Both the position numbers and the translations under genes were made by a program. The notes below the pieces were generated by a model. It did not search any database. It was given only the letters and a program-made list of their open reading frames with translations, and was not told the DNA's origin. 64,000 nucleotides of DNA from Phycisphaerae bacterium (GTDB lineage Bacteria; Planctomycetota; Phycisphaerae; UBA1845). Shown one piece after another: positions 38,941 to 48,101 of this stretch; position 1 is the first letter of the stretch, and every line of letters starts with the position of its first letter. The DNA lies in assembly GCA_013360585.1 (NCBI GenBank), contig JABWBH010000014.1, positions 20,770-84,769 of the forward strand, in the 5' to 3' direction.

Positions 38941-39014
38941 TGGGCGATGCAGGACTCGAACCTGCGACCTCCTGCGTGTCGAGCAGGCGCTCTAGCCAAC
39001 TGAGCTAATCGCCC
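38941..39014 (-). tRNA. tRNA-Val(GAC)
   Basis: GGGCGATTAGCTCAGTTGGCTAGAGCGCCTGCTCGACACGCAGGAGGTCGCAGGTTCGAGTCCTGCATCGCCCA with anticodon GAC. TTGACA-18-TATACC lies upstream at 39032-39061. Confidence 0.95.
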
Positions 39015-39418
39015 GGGGTTTCAGGACCGCGGGTATAACGTCGGCGGGCGGGGGGTGTCAACTCTTTCGGAAACCGAACCGCTGCCGCCGGGCTCAACCC
39101 GAACCACGTTCGTCACGCTGAACATCGACGGTTTGCCGTCCTTCGGAGTGTTCGGCTTCTTCTCGGAGTACGCCGGCGGGACGCAGGCTTCGAGCGTTCT
39201 GCTTGACGATTGTCCTGTCGGACCTGGGTTTTCGTGGGAGTCGCACGGCCGGCGCTGGCGCTCGAGGCGTGAACCGCGATATCCTCGGGCGCGCCGAACG
39301 TTCAGGCCAAGCCGCTCTGCGGGGAAGCCGTGTTCAGCGGGCACAGGGACGACGCCTTCATCGCCGAGGCGCGGGTCAGGCTGAACTCGGGGAGGGCGCT
39401 TCACTGGTGTCCGCGCAG

Positions 39419-39516
39419 CGGCCCGTTGAAAAAGGGGTGCGTCTCCCTCCGGGAGGCGAATTTCATCGGGAAAACCCGGCATCACAAAGACCGATCCCGG
39501 GCTCTTCAACGGGCTG
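39419..39516. mobile_element. MITE-like element copy C (98 bp)
   Basis: cggcccgttgaa ... ttcaacgggctg, followed by cta; interior homologous to copies A and B. Confidence 0.75.
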
Positions 39517-39878
39517 CTACGCAACAGCGCGCGAACGCGACGACGCGCAATCGCCGTGTCCCAGGATCACGCCCTCTCGCCCAGTCGCTACCGTGAGGGG
39601 CGTTTCCTCACGGATCCAACGCAGAACCGCTTCCTCACCCGTAACATCGCTGCGCGATGTCAAGGAGGGCAGGCGGGCGCGGCTTTGTTTGCAACGATGC
39701 CTTGTTTGTGAGGCGCCAGATGAGCACCGTCGCGCCCGCTCGCCGTATTGGTCATGTCCTGAGTCTCCACCTGGCTCCGGTTGCGGGGTGTTGAAATCGC
39801 ATGACCTTAGCATGGCGCGATCCTGCGAGGAGGAGCAACGGGAGGTGTTGTGCCCCCGGAGGGTCATCCGCAAGTCCT

Positions 39879-39962
39879 AGCCCCGGAAGGGGCGCTGGAA
39901 AACAGCCCAGCACGCCAGTGCTGGTAAGCCCGCGCGGAGGAAACGAAGTCCCGGAGGGACGG
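39879..39962. repeat. Composite REP-like palindrome (family B, three hairpin modules)
   Basis: GCCCC-GGAA-GGGGC, CCAGCAC-GCCA-GTGCTGG and GTCCC-GGA-GGGAC; an inverted partial copy lies at 40016-40031. Confidence 0.55.
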
Positions 39963-40368
39963 AAGAATCGGGGAGATGACGCAAGCCCGCCGCACCGCCG
40001 CACCGCCGCTCAGCGGTCCTTTCGGGACTTCCGGTATCCGATGCCCCGCCCCTCTCGGACGCCCCTCTCGGACGCCCCTCCGCGGCACACACGGACGCCT
40101 CTCCGGGACGTCAAGAGCGCCCTGCGTCGCATCCTTAAAACCCTTAAAACCCCCAAGGCGATGCGCACCGGAGTCCGATGGAGACTCAAGGGGTAATATA
40201 ACCCTCCCGTGGTTCGCCCGCGCAACGGCGAATCCGGCTCGACCGATGACGCCGCTGACTCGAGCCGCAACTCCCTTGTTCCAGAATCGGATCGTTAAAC
40301 TCAGCGCGTCACATGCAGACCGGAGGTCCGCGATCCGGTTTCGCACAATGAACGAGCGACTCCGGCCG

Positions 40369-41016
40369 CTATCGCCGCCGACCCGTCCCCCGATACTGGC
40401 GGATCACGCCGACCACCACGCCCTGAACCTCCACTTCTTTCGGGTAGATCGGTTTGTACTGTCCGTTGGCGGGCTGCAGACGCACCCGCCCGCCCTCACG
40501 GAAGAACTTCTTCAACGTGTTCTCGCCGTCGGCGAGCGCGACCACCGTATCTCCGTTGCGCACGGTCGGACGGTCCTCGACGATGACGAAATCGCCCTCG
40601 CAGATATGCTCGTCGATCATACTGTCGCCGGTCACGCGGATCGCCCGACGGGCGTGTGACGTGGAGAACAGCGCCTCCAGGTCGAGCACGTCGTCGGTCT
40701 GCGCCGTGTCGATCGGCTGACCCGCCGCGACGCGCCCGACCAGCGGAATGCGCGTCGGACCCTCGTCCGGGAACTCCGCCAGGTCGGTCACCTCGAGCGA
40801 GCGAGCGCGATGCGTGCTCCGCGTCACCAGACCCTTGCGGATCAACGCCTCAACGTGCTCGAAGACGGTGATTTTTGAGATGCCGAGTTCGTCGGCGATC
40901 TCCTGCAAGGTCGGGGAATAACCATTCCTGCGCCGTCCGTCGCGGATCCGCGTGAGAATCTCGAGTTGCCTCGGCGTCAACGTCCGGGGCTCCTGCTTTT
41001 TCCGTGTTTTCTTCAT
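40369..41016 (-). CDS. lexA: SOS repressor LexA
   Basis: LTPRQLEIL..GYSPTLQEIA..HVEALIRKG, Ala-Gly cleavage site VAAGQP, catalytic GDSM and TLKK. Confidence 0.95.
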   Translation of the reverse strand: MKKTRKKQEPRTLTPRQLEILTRIRDGRRRNGYSPTLQEIADELGISKITVFEHVEALIRKGLVTRSTHRARSLEVTDLAEFPDEGPTRIPLVGRVAAGQPIDTAQTDDVLDLEALFSTSHARRAIRVTGDSMIDEHICEGDFVIVEDRPTVRNGDTVVALADGENTLKKFFREGGRVRLQPANGQYKPIYPKEVEVQGVVVGVIRQYRGTGRRR

Positions 41017-41588
41017 CTTGTTTCGCCTCCACGAAACGCCGCCCGTGGCGAACGCCTCGCCAATTCTTCGCTTCGATCGCTGCACCCGTCGGTTGTCCGG
41101 GTTCAGGCTCGCCAGTGAAGTCGCGCGTCAGGGGGAGCGCTTCCGCCGGCCGGGTCCGCCGGTCACCGGACTCCTCGTCGCAGCGATGCGACGCCGCCCG
41201 TCCGCTCTCCTCCGCTCGACTCATCCAGGCGCCGAACATGCATCGACAAAGGCTTCTCAACCCGCGCCGGATCCGTCCAGGACGCCCGAGTCGCGGCGTC
41301 CAACCCACCTGGAACGCTCCGCCAGGCCCGAAAAGCACCAGCGGCGCTTCCGCCGGACCCCGGTCCACCTCGCGGCGATACTGGCAAAGCGCCGCATCCG
41401 GAACCGGGTTGCGGCTGGAACCGAACCCCGCCCGGCGTGAGGCGCGTCTTCCGACCGGGGCTCGGTCGCGTCTGCTTCTGATCCGTTGCATGTTCAGCCC
41501 TCCTGGCCCCCTCGATAATCCTTCGATCCACGCGTGATCTTCCGTCCGCACGTCTTTTCGACTCGCGGTTCGTGCGCCGTTCGGTTTG

Positions 41589-41617
41589 ACAATAACCTAA
41601 CAATCGGCGTTTGTCAA
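41589..41617 (-). promoter_or_regulatory. sigma70-like promoter facing lexA
   Basis: TTGACA-17 nt-TATTGT on the minus strand, embedded in the inverted repeat TTGACAA-N18-TTGTCAA. Confidence 0.6.
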
Positions 41618-41859
41618 CCCGGGCATGAGCCTTTTTCCCGGAGTTGGAGAAAAGTTCGGAAAGCAGGTGGACGGACCGCGGCGGTTGCGGCCCGAAACCA
41701 CCCCTTGTTCCCGGATTTCCGCCACCCTCCGCGCCGCGGATCCCTCACGGAGGCTCTGACGCCTTTTCCGCACATTCCCGGTACAGCCTGGGCGACCACG
41801 ACGGACCGTCCGTCAGACGGAACCCGACCTCAATGTCTTCCCCGCCGGGCGTCGTCGCG

Positions 41860-42054
41860 TCAGAACAGCGGATACAGGAACGGCGCCAGCGGCGAGGACG
41901 AACTGAACACCAGCAGCGCCGCCACCAGCACCAGCACGATCAGCAGCGGCGCCAACCACCACTTCTTCTCATGCTTGATGAACCACCAGAATTCCTGAAG
42001 AAGGGACGCCTCGGACTCGGGCAGTTCGTGTTGTTTCGCCTTCTCATCGGACAT
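41860..42054 (-). CDS. SxtK-like / DUF5989 small membrane protein
   Basis: EFWWFIKHEKKWWLAPLLIVL...SSPLAPFLYPLF. Confidence 0.9.
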   Translation of the reverse strand: MSDEKAKQHELPESEASLLQEFWWFIKHEKKWWLAPLLIVLVLVAALLVFSSSSPLAPFLYPLF

Positions 42055-43882
42055 GCGCGACCCCTTCCGCCCGCCCCGCAACGCCGGACTCCAGCGCGAT
42101 GCTGCGCCGCATTCCCGCCTGAAAGTCCACCTGTCCCGGTTTGTTCGTCACCACGAACGAGCCGATGACCAGGGCGTCGATCCCGGTGTTGATGAACGTA
42201 GTGTAAGCGTCCTTCGGCGTGCACACAATCGGCTCGCCGCGCACGTTGAACGACGTGTTCACCACGACGGGCACGCCCGTCCGGCGGTGAAACGCGCGGA
42301 CCAGCCGGTAAAACCTCGCGTTGACGCGCTCGGTCAGCGTCTGCACGCGCCCCGTGCCGTCCTCGTGGGTGACCGCCGGAATCTTCTCGCGCATCCGCTC
42401 ACGCACCTTCGGAACCAGCAGCATGAACGGCGCGTCCATCCCGGCGGGCATGTCGAAATATTCGTGAGCGTGTTCCTTCAGCACGGCCGGCGCGAAGGGG
42501 CGGAACGCCTCGCGGAACTTGACCTTCGAGTTGATCACGTCCTTGATCTCCGCCCGGCGCGGATCGGCGAGGATCGACCGCGCGCCCAGCGCCCGAGGGC
42601 CGAACTCCATCCTGCCCTGGAACCAGCCGATCACCCTGCCCTCCGCGATCAGTCCCGCGGCGCGGTCCAGAAGTTCGCCTTCGTCCGGAATCCACGTGAA
42701 ATCCGCGCCGGCCTCCTGAAGCGCTTCGCGCACCTCCTCATCGCTGAAACCCGGACCCCACAGCGCATGCTCCATCACGAAACCGCGCGGACGCCCCAGC
42801 ACCGTGTTGTAAAGATAAAACGCCGCGCCGATCGCGCCCCCGCTGTCGCCCGCCGCCGGCTGAATGAAGATGTCGTCGAATCCGCACTCCTTCAGAATGC
42901 GCCAGTTGGCCACGCAGTTGAGCGCCACGCCGCCCGCCAGGCAGACGCGCTTCATCCGTGTCTCGCGCTGCACATGCGCCGCCATCTTGATCATGATCTC
43001 CTCGACGATCTTCTGTCCGCTGTGCGCAACGTCGCGGTGAAAGTCGGTCAGTTCTGACTCGCGCGGGCGCTGCGGCGCACCGAAGAGCCGCTCCCACCGC
43101 CGGTTGAACATCAGCTTCGTCGAGTACCCGTGGGCGAAGTACTTCAGGTTCAGGCGGAAGCTGCCGTCCTCCCGGAGGTCCACCACCTCGCGGAACTTGT
43201 CCACCAGCGTCGGCTTCCCGTAAGGCGCCAACCCCATCACCTTCCACTCCGCGTCGTTCACGCGGAATCCGAGATACGCCGTGATCGCCGAAAACAGCAG
43301 CCCGACCGAGTGCGGAAAGCGGATCTCCTTCTCAAACTCGATCCGCGTCCCGCGCCCCACGCCCCACGCCGTCGTCGTCCACTCCCCCACGCCGTCCGCG
43401 GAGAGGATCGCCGCCTCATCGAAAGGTGACACAAGAAAGGCACTCGCCGCATGCGAAAGATGATGCTGGTTGTAGAAAATCCGCAACGGGCGGGGGGACG
43501 GCGACGTCTTTCGGCCTTCAGCGTTCGACGGCGCCGACCGGCCCAGGTGCTCCCGGATGTCCTTCCCCGTCTTGAGGCGCTGCCCCAGCCAAAGCGGCAT
43601 CGCCTTCAGCCACGCGGCGCAGGTCAGCGGCCAGTATCCCAGGATCGTCTCGAGAATCCGGTTGAACTTCACCAGCGGCTTCTCGTAGAAGACGACCGCG
43701 TCCACGTCCCCGACGTCAATTCCGCCCTCGCGCAGGCAGTACCGGACCGCCTCTTCCGGAAAGTCGCTGAAGTGCTTGACGCGGTTGAAGCGCTCCTCCT
43801 CCGCCGCGGCGATCAGCACGCCGTCGCGGATCAGCGCCGCCGCGGAGTCGTGGTAGTAGCAGGATAGACCGAGGATGTTCAC
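42044..43882 (-). CDS. NodU/CmcH-family O-carbamoyltransferase
   Basis: YHDSAAAL, EERFNRVKH, HHLSHAASAF, DGVGE, GGVALNCVAN, EFGPRALGARSIL, FRPFAP and NTSFNVRGEPIV. Confidence 0.95.
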   Translation of the reverse strand: MNILGLSCYYHDSAAALIRDGVLIAAAEEERFNRVKHFSDFPEEAVRYCLREGGIDVGDVDAVVFYEKPLVKFNRILETILGYWPLTCAAWLKAMPLWLGQRLKTGKDIREHLGRSAPSNAEGRKTSPSPRPLRIFYNQHHLSHAASAFLVSPFDEAAILSADGVGEWTTTAWGVGRGTRIEFEKEIRFPHSVGLLFSAITAYLGFRVNDAEWKVMGLAPYGKPTLVDKFREVVDLREDGSFRLNLKYFAHGYSTKLMFNRRWERLFGAPQRPRESELTDFHRDVAHSGQKIVEEIMIKMAAHVQRETRMKRVCLAGGVALNCVANWRILKECGFDDIFIQPAAGDSGGAIGAAFYLYNTVLGRPRGFVMEHALWGPGFSDEEVREALQEAGADFTWIPDEGELLDRAAGLIAEGRVIGWFQGRMEFGPRALGARSILADPRRAEIKDVINSKVKFREAFRPFAPAVLKEHAHEYFDMPAGMDAPFMLLVPKVRERMREKIPAVTHEDGTGRVQTLTERVNARFYRLVRAFHRRTGVPVVVNTSFNVRGEPIVCTPKDAYTTFINTGIDALVIGSFVVTNKPGQVDFQAGMRRSIALESGVAGRAEGVAHVR

Positions 43883-43900
43883 GCTGGACGCTCGATCGGT

Positions 43901-44344
43901 TCAGAACGGCCGCGCCATCCGTCGCGGCGTCGGGTCATAAGGCTTTACGTCCTCCCAGTACGACCCGGACGATCGCAGGGTTCGCCGCAGCGGGTCCGAA
44001 AGCCGGATGATCAGCGAAAACACCGGCAGCACCGTCAGAAACATCAGCGTCAGACCCACCGTGAACACCGCGACGCCCACCGGCCGCGTCGCCCGCATCC
44101 AGCCGACGTACAACGTGCGCGTCCACTCCAGCGACGCCCGCGACGCCACGAACGTCGCTGCACCGGCCGTCCACAGCAGCAGAATCGCCCCCTGCAACCC
44201 CGGCGATGACCACGTCCACCGTCCCTCGGCCGGCAGCCTCAGCCACCCCAGCAGAAATCCCAGCACCCCGCACCCGCCCAGCATGATCCAGCCGAACTGA
44301 CGCAGCGTCTTCTCATCCGGATTGCGGTTGATCGGTCCGAGCAT
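43901..44344 (-). CDS. SxtJ-family membrane protein
   Basis: LRQFG N-terminus, WM motif, DPL..SYW and C-terminal MARPF; directly upstream of the carbamoyltransferase. Confidence 0.82.
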   Translation of the reverse strand: MLGPINRNPDEKTLRQFGWIMLGGCGVLGFLLGWLRLPAEGRWTWSSPGLQGAILLLWTAGAATFVASRASLEWTRTLYVGWMRATRPVGVAVFTVGLTLMFLTVLPVFSLIIRLSDPLRRTLRSSGSYWEDVKPYDPTPRRMARPF

Positions 44345-44645
44345 CGTGCCGTGGTCCTCACGCGCCGCGGAACCCGCCTCGGCGCAAACGTCCGCGAAAA
44401 TCAGGCCTCCACCAAACCGGACTCCGTCTCCTCGGCGTCGATATCTCTACCGGTTCAGCCGGAATCTGGCAATCCGCCGTGCCCGTCCGGTGCGAGCGCA
44501 GCGCCTCAGTTCGGCGCGGATTCGACAGCCGAAATAATCCGTCACGCGCGCCGAATCCCCTCCCGGTGAGCCGAACCTGCCTGGCGCCGCCTCGGCAGAA
44601 AAGGCGTCATCGCAAAGCCGCACGATGCTTTCAGGAGGTCAACCG

Positions 44646-45248
44646 ATGGTTGCGCAATCACGTATGTCGCCGTTTACGGCGATGTTTCTGGCCGCGGGGT
44701 TGGTCGTCGTCGCCGCGATCGGCGCCGGAACGGCGGTCACCATGTACGGCATCAGCGTCGTGGATCAGAAGGCCTCGGGCATCCTCGCCCTTGCCCACGA
44801 CACGGTGCAGGGCCTACCCGAGTTCATTGAGAAGCTCCCCCCGGCGCTGGCGGACCTTCTGCACGATCGCCGCGCGCCTGAGTACGCCTCGAGGATCGAG
44901 ACGAAGGTGGTCCTCGCGGAGGACTCCGCCTCCGGACTGCTCGTGCCGTCCGTCGAAATCATCAACCGGGGGACGGAGGTCGTCTCCGTGCTCGGCTTGC
45001 GCGTGAATCTGCTGAACCGGGAGGGCGCGCCGCTGTATGAGTGGTCGGAGCTTGCCGCCGCGCCGGTCAGCTTCGAGGAACTGCGCGGTCCGCTGATGCC
45101 CGGCAGCATGCGCTACATCGTCCTCTCCCCGCATCGCGGCCTGACGCGCGAGCAGCGCGATGAACTCCGCTCCGCGGTTGAAATCTGCGACATCCGCGTC
45201 TGGCGCCCGCGCCCGGACGCCGACCCGAGGCTCGCCTCAGCGCCGTGA
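44646..45248 (+). CDS. Hypothetical membrane-anchored protein
   Basis: GGAGG RBS, N-terminal TM segment, C-terminal beta-rich domain. Confidence 0.75.
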   Translation: MVAQSRMSPFTAMFLAAGLVVVAAIGAGTAVTMYGISVVDQKASGILALAHDTVQGLPEFIEKLPPALADLLHDRRAPEYASRIETKVVLAEDSASGLLVPSVEIINRGTEVVSVLGLRVNLLNREGAPLYEWSELAAAPVSFEELRGPLMPGSMRYIVLSPHRGLTREQRDELRSAVEICDIRVWRPRPDADPRLASAP

Positions 45249-45610
45249 CCGCGTCGAGCCGCAGCGCCGTGACCCCGTCGAACCGCGGACGGCGAATCCG
45301 AACCGCGCCGGGCGGTTCTTGATGGGGAACGGATCGCGGATTCCCGCTCCGCATGCGCTCCCCCCCTTGCGGTTGCGGAAAGGCTCGAGTTGCGGATGAC
45401 GAATCTGCCGCGGTTTGCCCGGCTTGCGGACCTTCGGGTTCCGCCGTCCCGGCATCCTGCGCGAGGGGGCTGCGTGCTCTGCGGCTCTGGTTCGCCCGCT
45501 TGCGACGAATCCGCTTCCGGGGGACCGCGGTCGGGTATTGCAACCGAGTCCTGGGCGCGGCGCGGAACTGATGAGATCGTGCTGCGGCGCGGCGCTGGTA
45601 CATTCCCCCC

Positions 45611-46309
45611 GTGATACGCGCGAGTTCAAACCCGGCGCCTCGACACCCCTGGCGCGTGACGCCGGCGCGGGCGGTCGAGTTGCAGCGGCGGCTGGCGGTG
45701 ACGGTCATCCGCACGGGCTGGATTTCACGCCTCCGCGTCGTCGCCGGGGTGGACGCCGCGTTCTCTCCGGACGGAAGCAGCGTCATCGCCGGAGCCGCGG
45801 CGTGGGACGTGGAGGCGCGGCGCGTCATCGAGGAAGTCGTCGTGCGCCGTCACGTCACGTTTCCTTATGTGCCGGGGCTTCTGTCGTTCCGCGAGGCGCC
45901 GGCGCTGATCGCCGCGCTGCGCAGACTGCGCACCGCGTACGACGTCATCCTGCTCGACGGTCAGGGGCTGGCGCATCCCCGGCGCTTCGGACTGGCGTGC
46001 CACGTCGGCGTCCTCCTCGACCGCCCGACGATCGGCTGCGCCAAGAGTCTGCTCGTCGGCGAGCACGCGGAACCCGCTCGCCGCGCGGGATCACGACGTC
46101 CGCTCTTCCACGACGGCGAAGTCGTCGGCGCCGCCCTGCGGACGCGCGACGGCGTGAAGCCCGTCTACGTCAGCGTCGGACACCGGATCAGCCTGGAGGA
46201 AGCCGTGCGCGTCGTGCTGACCTGCCGCAGCGGATTCCGTCTGCCCGCCCCGACGCGACTCGCCGACGCGCTGGTGAACCGCGTGAAGCGGACCGGCGCG
46301 GGTTCGTGA
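45611..46309 (+). CDS. nfi: Endonuclease V
   Basis: VAGVD, FPYVPGLLSFRE, LDGQGLAHPRRFGLACH, IGCAKS and KPVYVSVGH. Confidence 0.96.
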   Translation: MIRASSNPAPRHPWRVTPARAVELQRRLAVTVIRTGWISRLRVVAGVDAAFSPDGSSVIAGAAAWDVEARRVIEEVVVRRHVTFPYVPGLLSFREAPALIAALRRLRTAYDVILLDGQGLAHPRRFGLACHVGVLLDRPTIGCAKSLLVGEHAEPARRAGSRRPLFHDGEVVGAALRTRDGVKPVYVSVGHRISLEEAVRVVLTCRSGFRLPAPTRLADALVNRVKRTGAGS

Positions 46310-46364
46310 CCGGGACCTCGCGGCACGGTCCACGCTGAGATCCGACACGCCGAGCCTCTGCGCC

Positions 46365-47789
46365 TCACGGCACGATCACGATCGCCAGGCAGTCGCGGCA
46401 CGGGTCGGGCATGCAGGAATACGCATAAGCGTCGTACACGTCCGTGACTTCGATCAGGTAGGCCCCCGAGGCAAGGCTCATGCGCTTACGCGCGGATCCG
46501 CGTTTGCTGGTCGGGCCTAGCGTGACGTCGCGGATGCGCCCCGTGTCGACGTTGGTGACGCGCACGGACACGAACCACCCGACCACCGGCGGGCCCTCCT
46601 GAACCAGTTTACACTCAATCTCGACCTGACCGTCATTGTCCACAGACGCCTTCGTTTTTCGCACGTCGATCGTGCATCCGGGGACGCGAAGGACGCGAAA
46701 ACCCGTGTCGGCGGACGAACGCCGGATCCCGTCCGAAGAGCGGTTCGCGGCGGAAAGCCCGCCCGAAGCGTCGTCGAACGACCCGCCGCGCTGCGCCGCG
46801 TAACCGGGAACGAGGCATTGATCCTGCACCCACTCGGTGACGTTCCCGCAGAAGTCGTGAATTCCCCACGGATTGTTGTTCGCGTGCGTCCGCGTCCGAC
46901 CGTCGCCCATCAGGTTCTGCCCGTCGTAATACCCCAGCGGCGTAATCCACGGTTCAAAGGCGTCCGCACTGTTGCGGTAGTTTGAGTCTTCGTTGACCAG
47001 CGCATCCCGCCCCATCCCGTAAATCCAGTGATCGGGCGAGACGCGCTCCTGTCCCGGGCCGATCCGCACGTCGTCCGGCGCCGCCGGATCATACGCCGCC
47101 GCCTTGTACCACTCGTTGTAGGGATTCTCCTGATAACTGATCGGACCGCTGCCGTAACCCAGATTGTCCATCGGAAGGCGGAACCCGCGGCGCTGCGCAA
47201 CGAGACGGGCGCGCTCATCGTCACTCAGATCCCGCGCCAGCCAGTTGATCTTGTCCGTCGTGACGGGGAACCAGTCTTCGTGCGTCGGACCTTCCGTGTA
47301 ACAACGCGCGTCTTCGGAAAGACCCTGGTCGATCGTCAGCCAGTTGCAGAACTTCACCGCGCCCAGCCAGGAAACGCCGACCACCGGGAGCGCTTCATAT
47401 CCGCGGGCGACGGAGTACCGCGATCCGACCGGCGCGCCGCGGTTGTAGGAAATGACCGGACATGCGCCGCCCTCACGGTGGTCGCAGGTGTCGCTGACGT
47501 CGAAGAAGGCCGCGTTGTCGTAGCCCGCGGTCAGCCCGACGTCCCCCGTCGCGTCGAACCGCAGGAACGCGCCGCGCGCGTTCCCCGGATTCGCCTCGGC
47601 GTCGTTCAGAAAGGCCGCGAACTCCACGTTGCTGACCTCGAACTCGCCGATCTCAAACGAATACGCCGGTCCGGCGCCCCCGCCGGGAACCACGCGCATC
47701 GTCGGAACGAACGCGGGAAACGAATCCGACCCGAATCCCCGCCCCACCAGCAGAAACAACACCCCCACGGCCGGGTGAATGGTTTTCAT
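46365..47789 (-). CDS. Secreted SUMF1/FGE-sulfatase-domain protein with Cys-bounded C-terminal extension
   Basis: FEVSNVEFAAFLN, PVVGVSW, FRLP, NEWYKAA, NPWGIHDFCGNVTEW, RGGSF and GFRV. Confidence 0.88.
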   Translation of the reverse strand: MKTIHPAVGVLFLLVGRGFGSDSFPAFVPTMRVVPGGGAGPAYSFEIGEFEVSNVEFAAFLNDAEANPGNARGAFLRFDATGDVGLTAGYDNAAFFDVSDTCDHREGGACPVISYNRGAPVGSRYSVARGYEALPVVGVSWLGAVKFCNWLTIDQGLSEDARCYTEGPTHEDWFPVTTDKINWLARDLSDDERARLVAQRRGFRLPMDNLGYGSGPISYQENPYNEWYKAAAYDPAAPDDVRIGPGQERVSPDHWIYGMGRDALVNEDSNYRNSADAFEPWITPLGYYDGQNLMGDGRTRTHANNNPWGIHDFCGNVTEWVQDQCLVPGYAAQRGGSFDDASGGLSAANRSSDGIRRSSADTGFRVLRVPGCTIDVRKTKASVDNDGQVEIECKLVQEGPPVVGWFVSVRVTNVDTGRIRDVTLGPTSKRGSARKRMSLASGAYLIEVTDVYDAYAYSCMPDPCRDCLAIVIVP

Positions 47790-48101
47790 GCAGACTCTCC
47801 GCCTCAAGAGCCAGTTTAAACCACTCGCACGGTCTTCGCCCGGGCAACGGCGCGTGCGAACCAAGTTTTTCAATCTAAGGCGGATCGCTCGCCGAACCCA
47901 CCCGGGCGTCTCCGCCCGGCGGCTGCACGAAACCGCCCGTCAACAGACAGGGAGCTTACCGGTTATGTCGGTCGCAGCTGAAAGGCCGCCGCACGAAATT
48001 CCGGTTTCTGGGGAACAATCCCCCCGGGGCTTTCCCCCTCGCGTCGGGGCGAGACAGACCTGGTGTGGCGATTGATGCACACACGTTTAAGGCAGAAAGC
48101 G

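Noticed and set aside
41860-44344. Saxitoxin gene cluster
   Set aside because: No sxtA, sxtG or other core genes are present.
46365-47789. Diversity-generating retroelement target
   Set aside because: FGE/CLec folds are common DGR targets, but no reverse transcriptase or template repeat is visible in the window.
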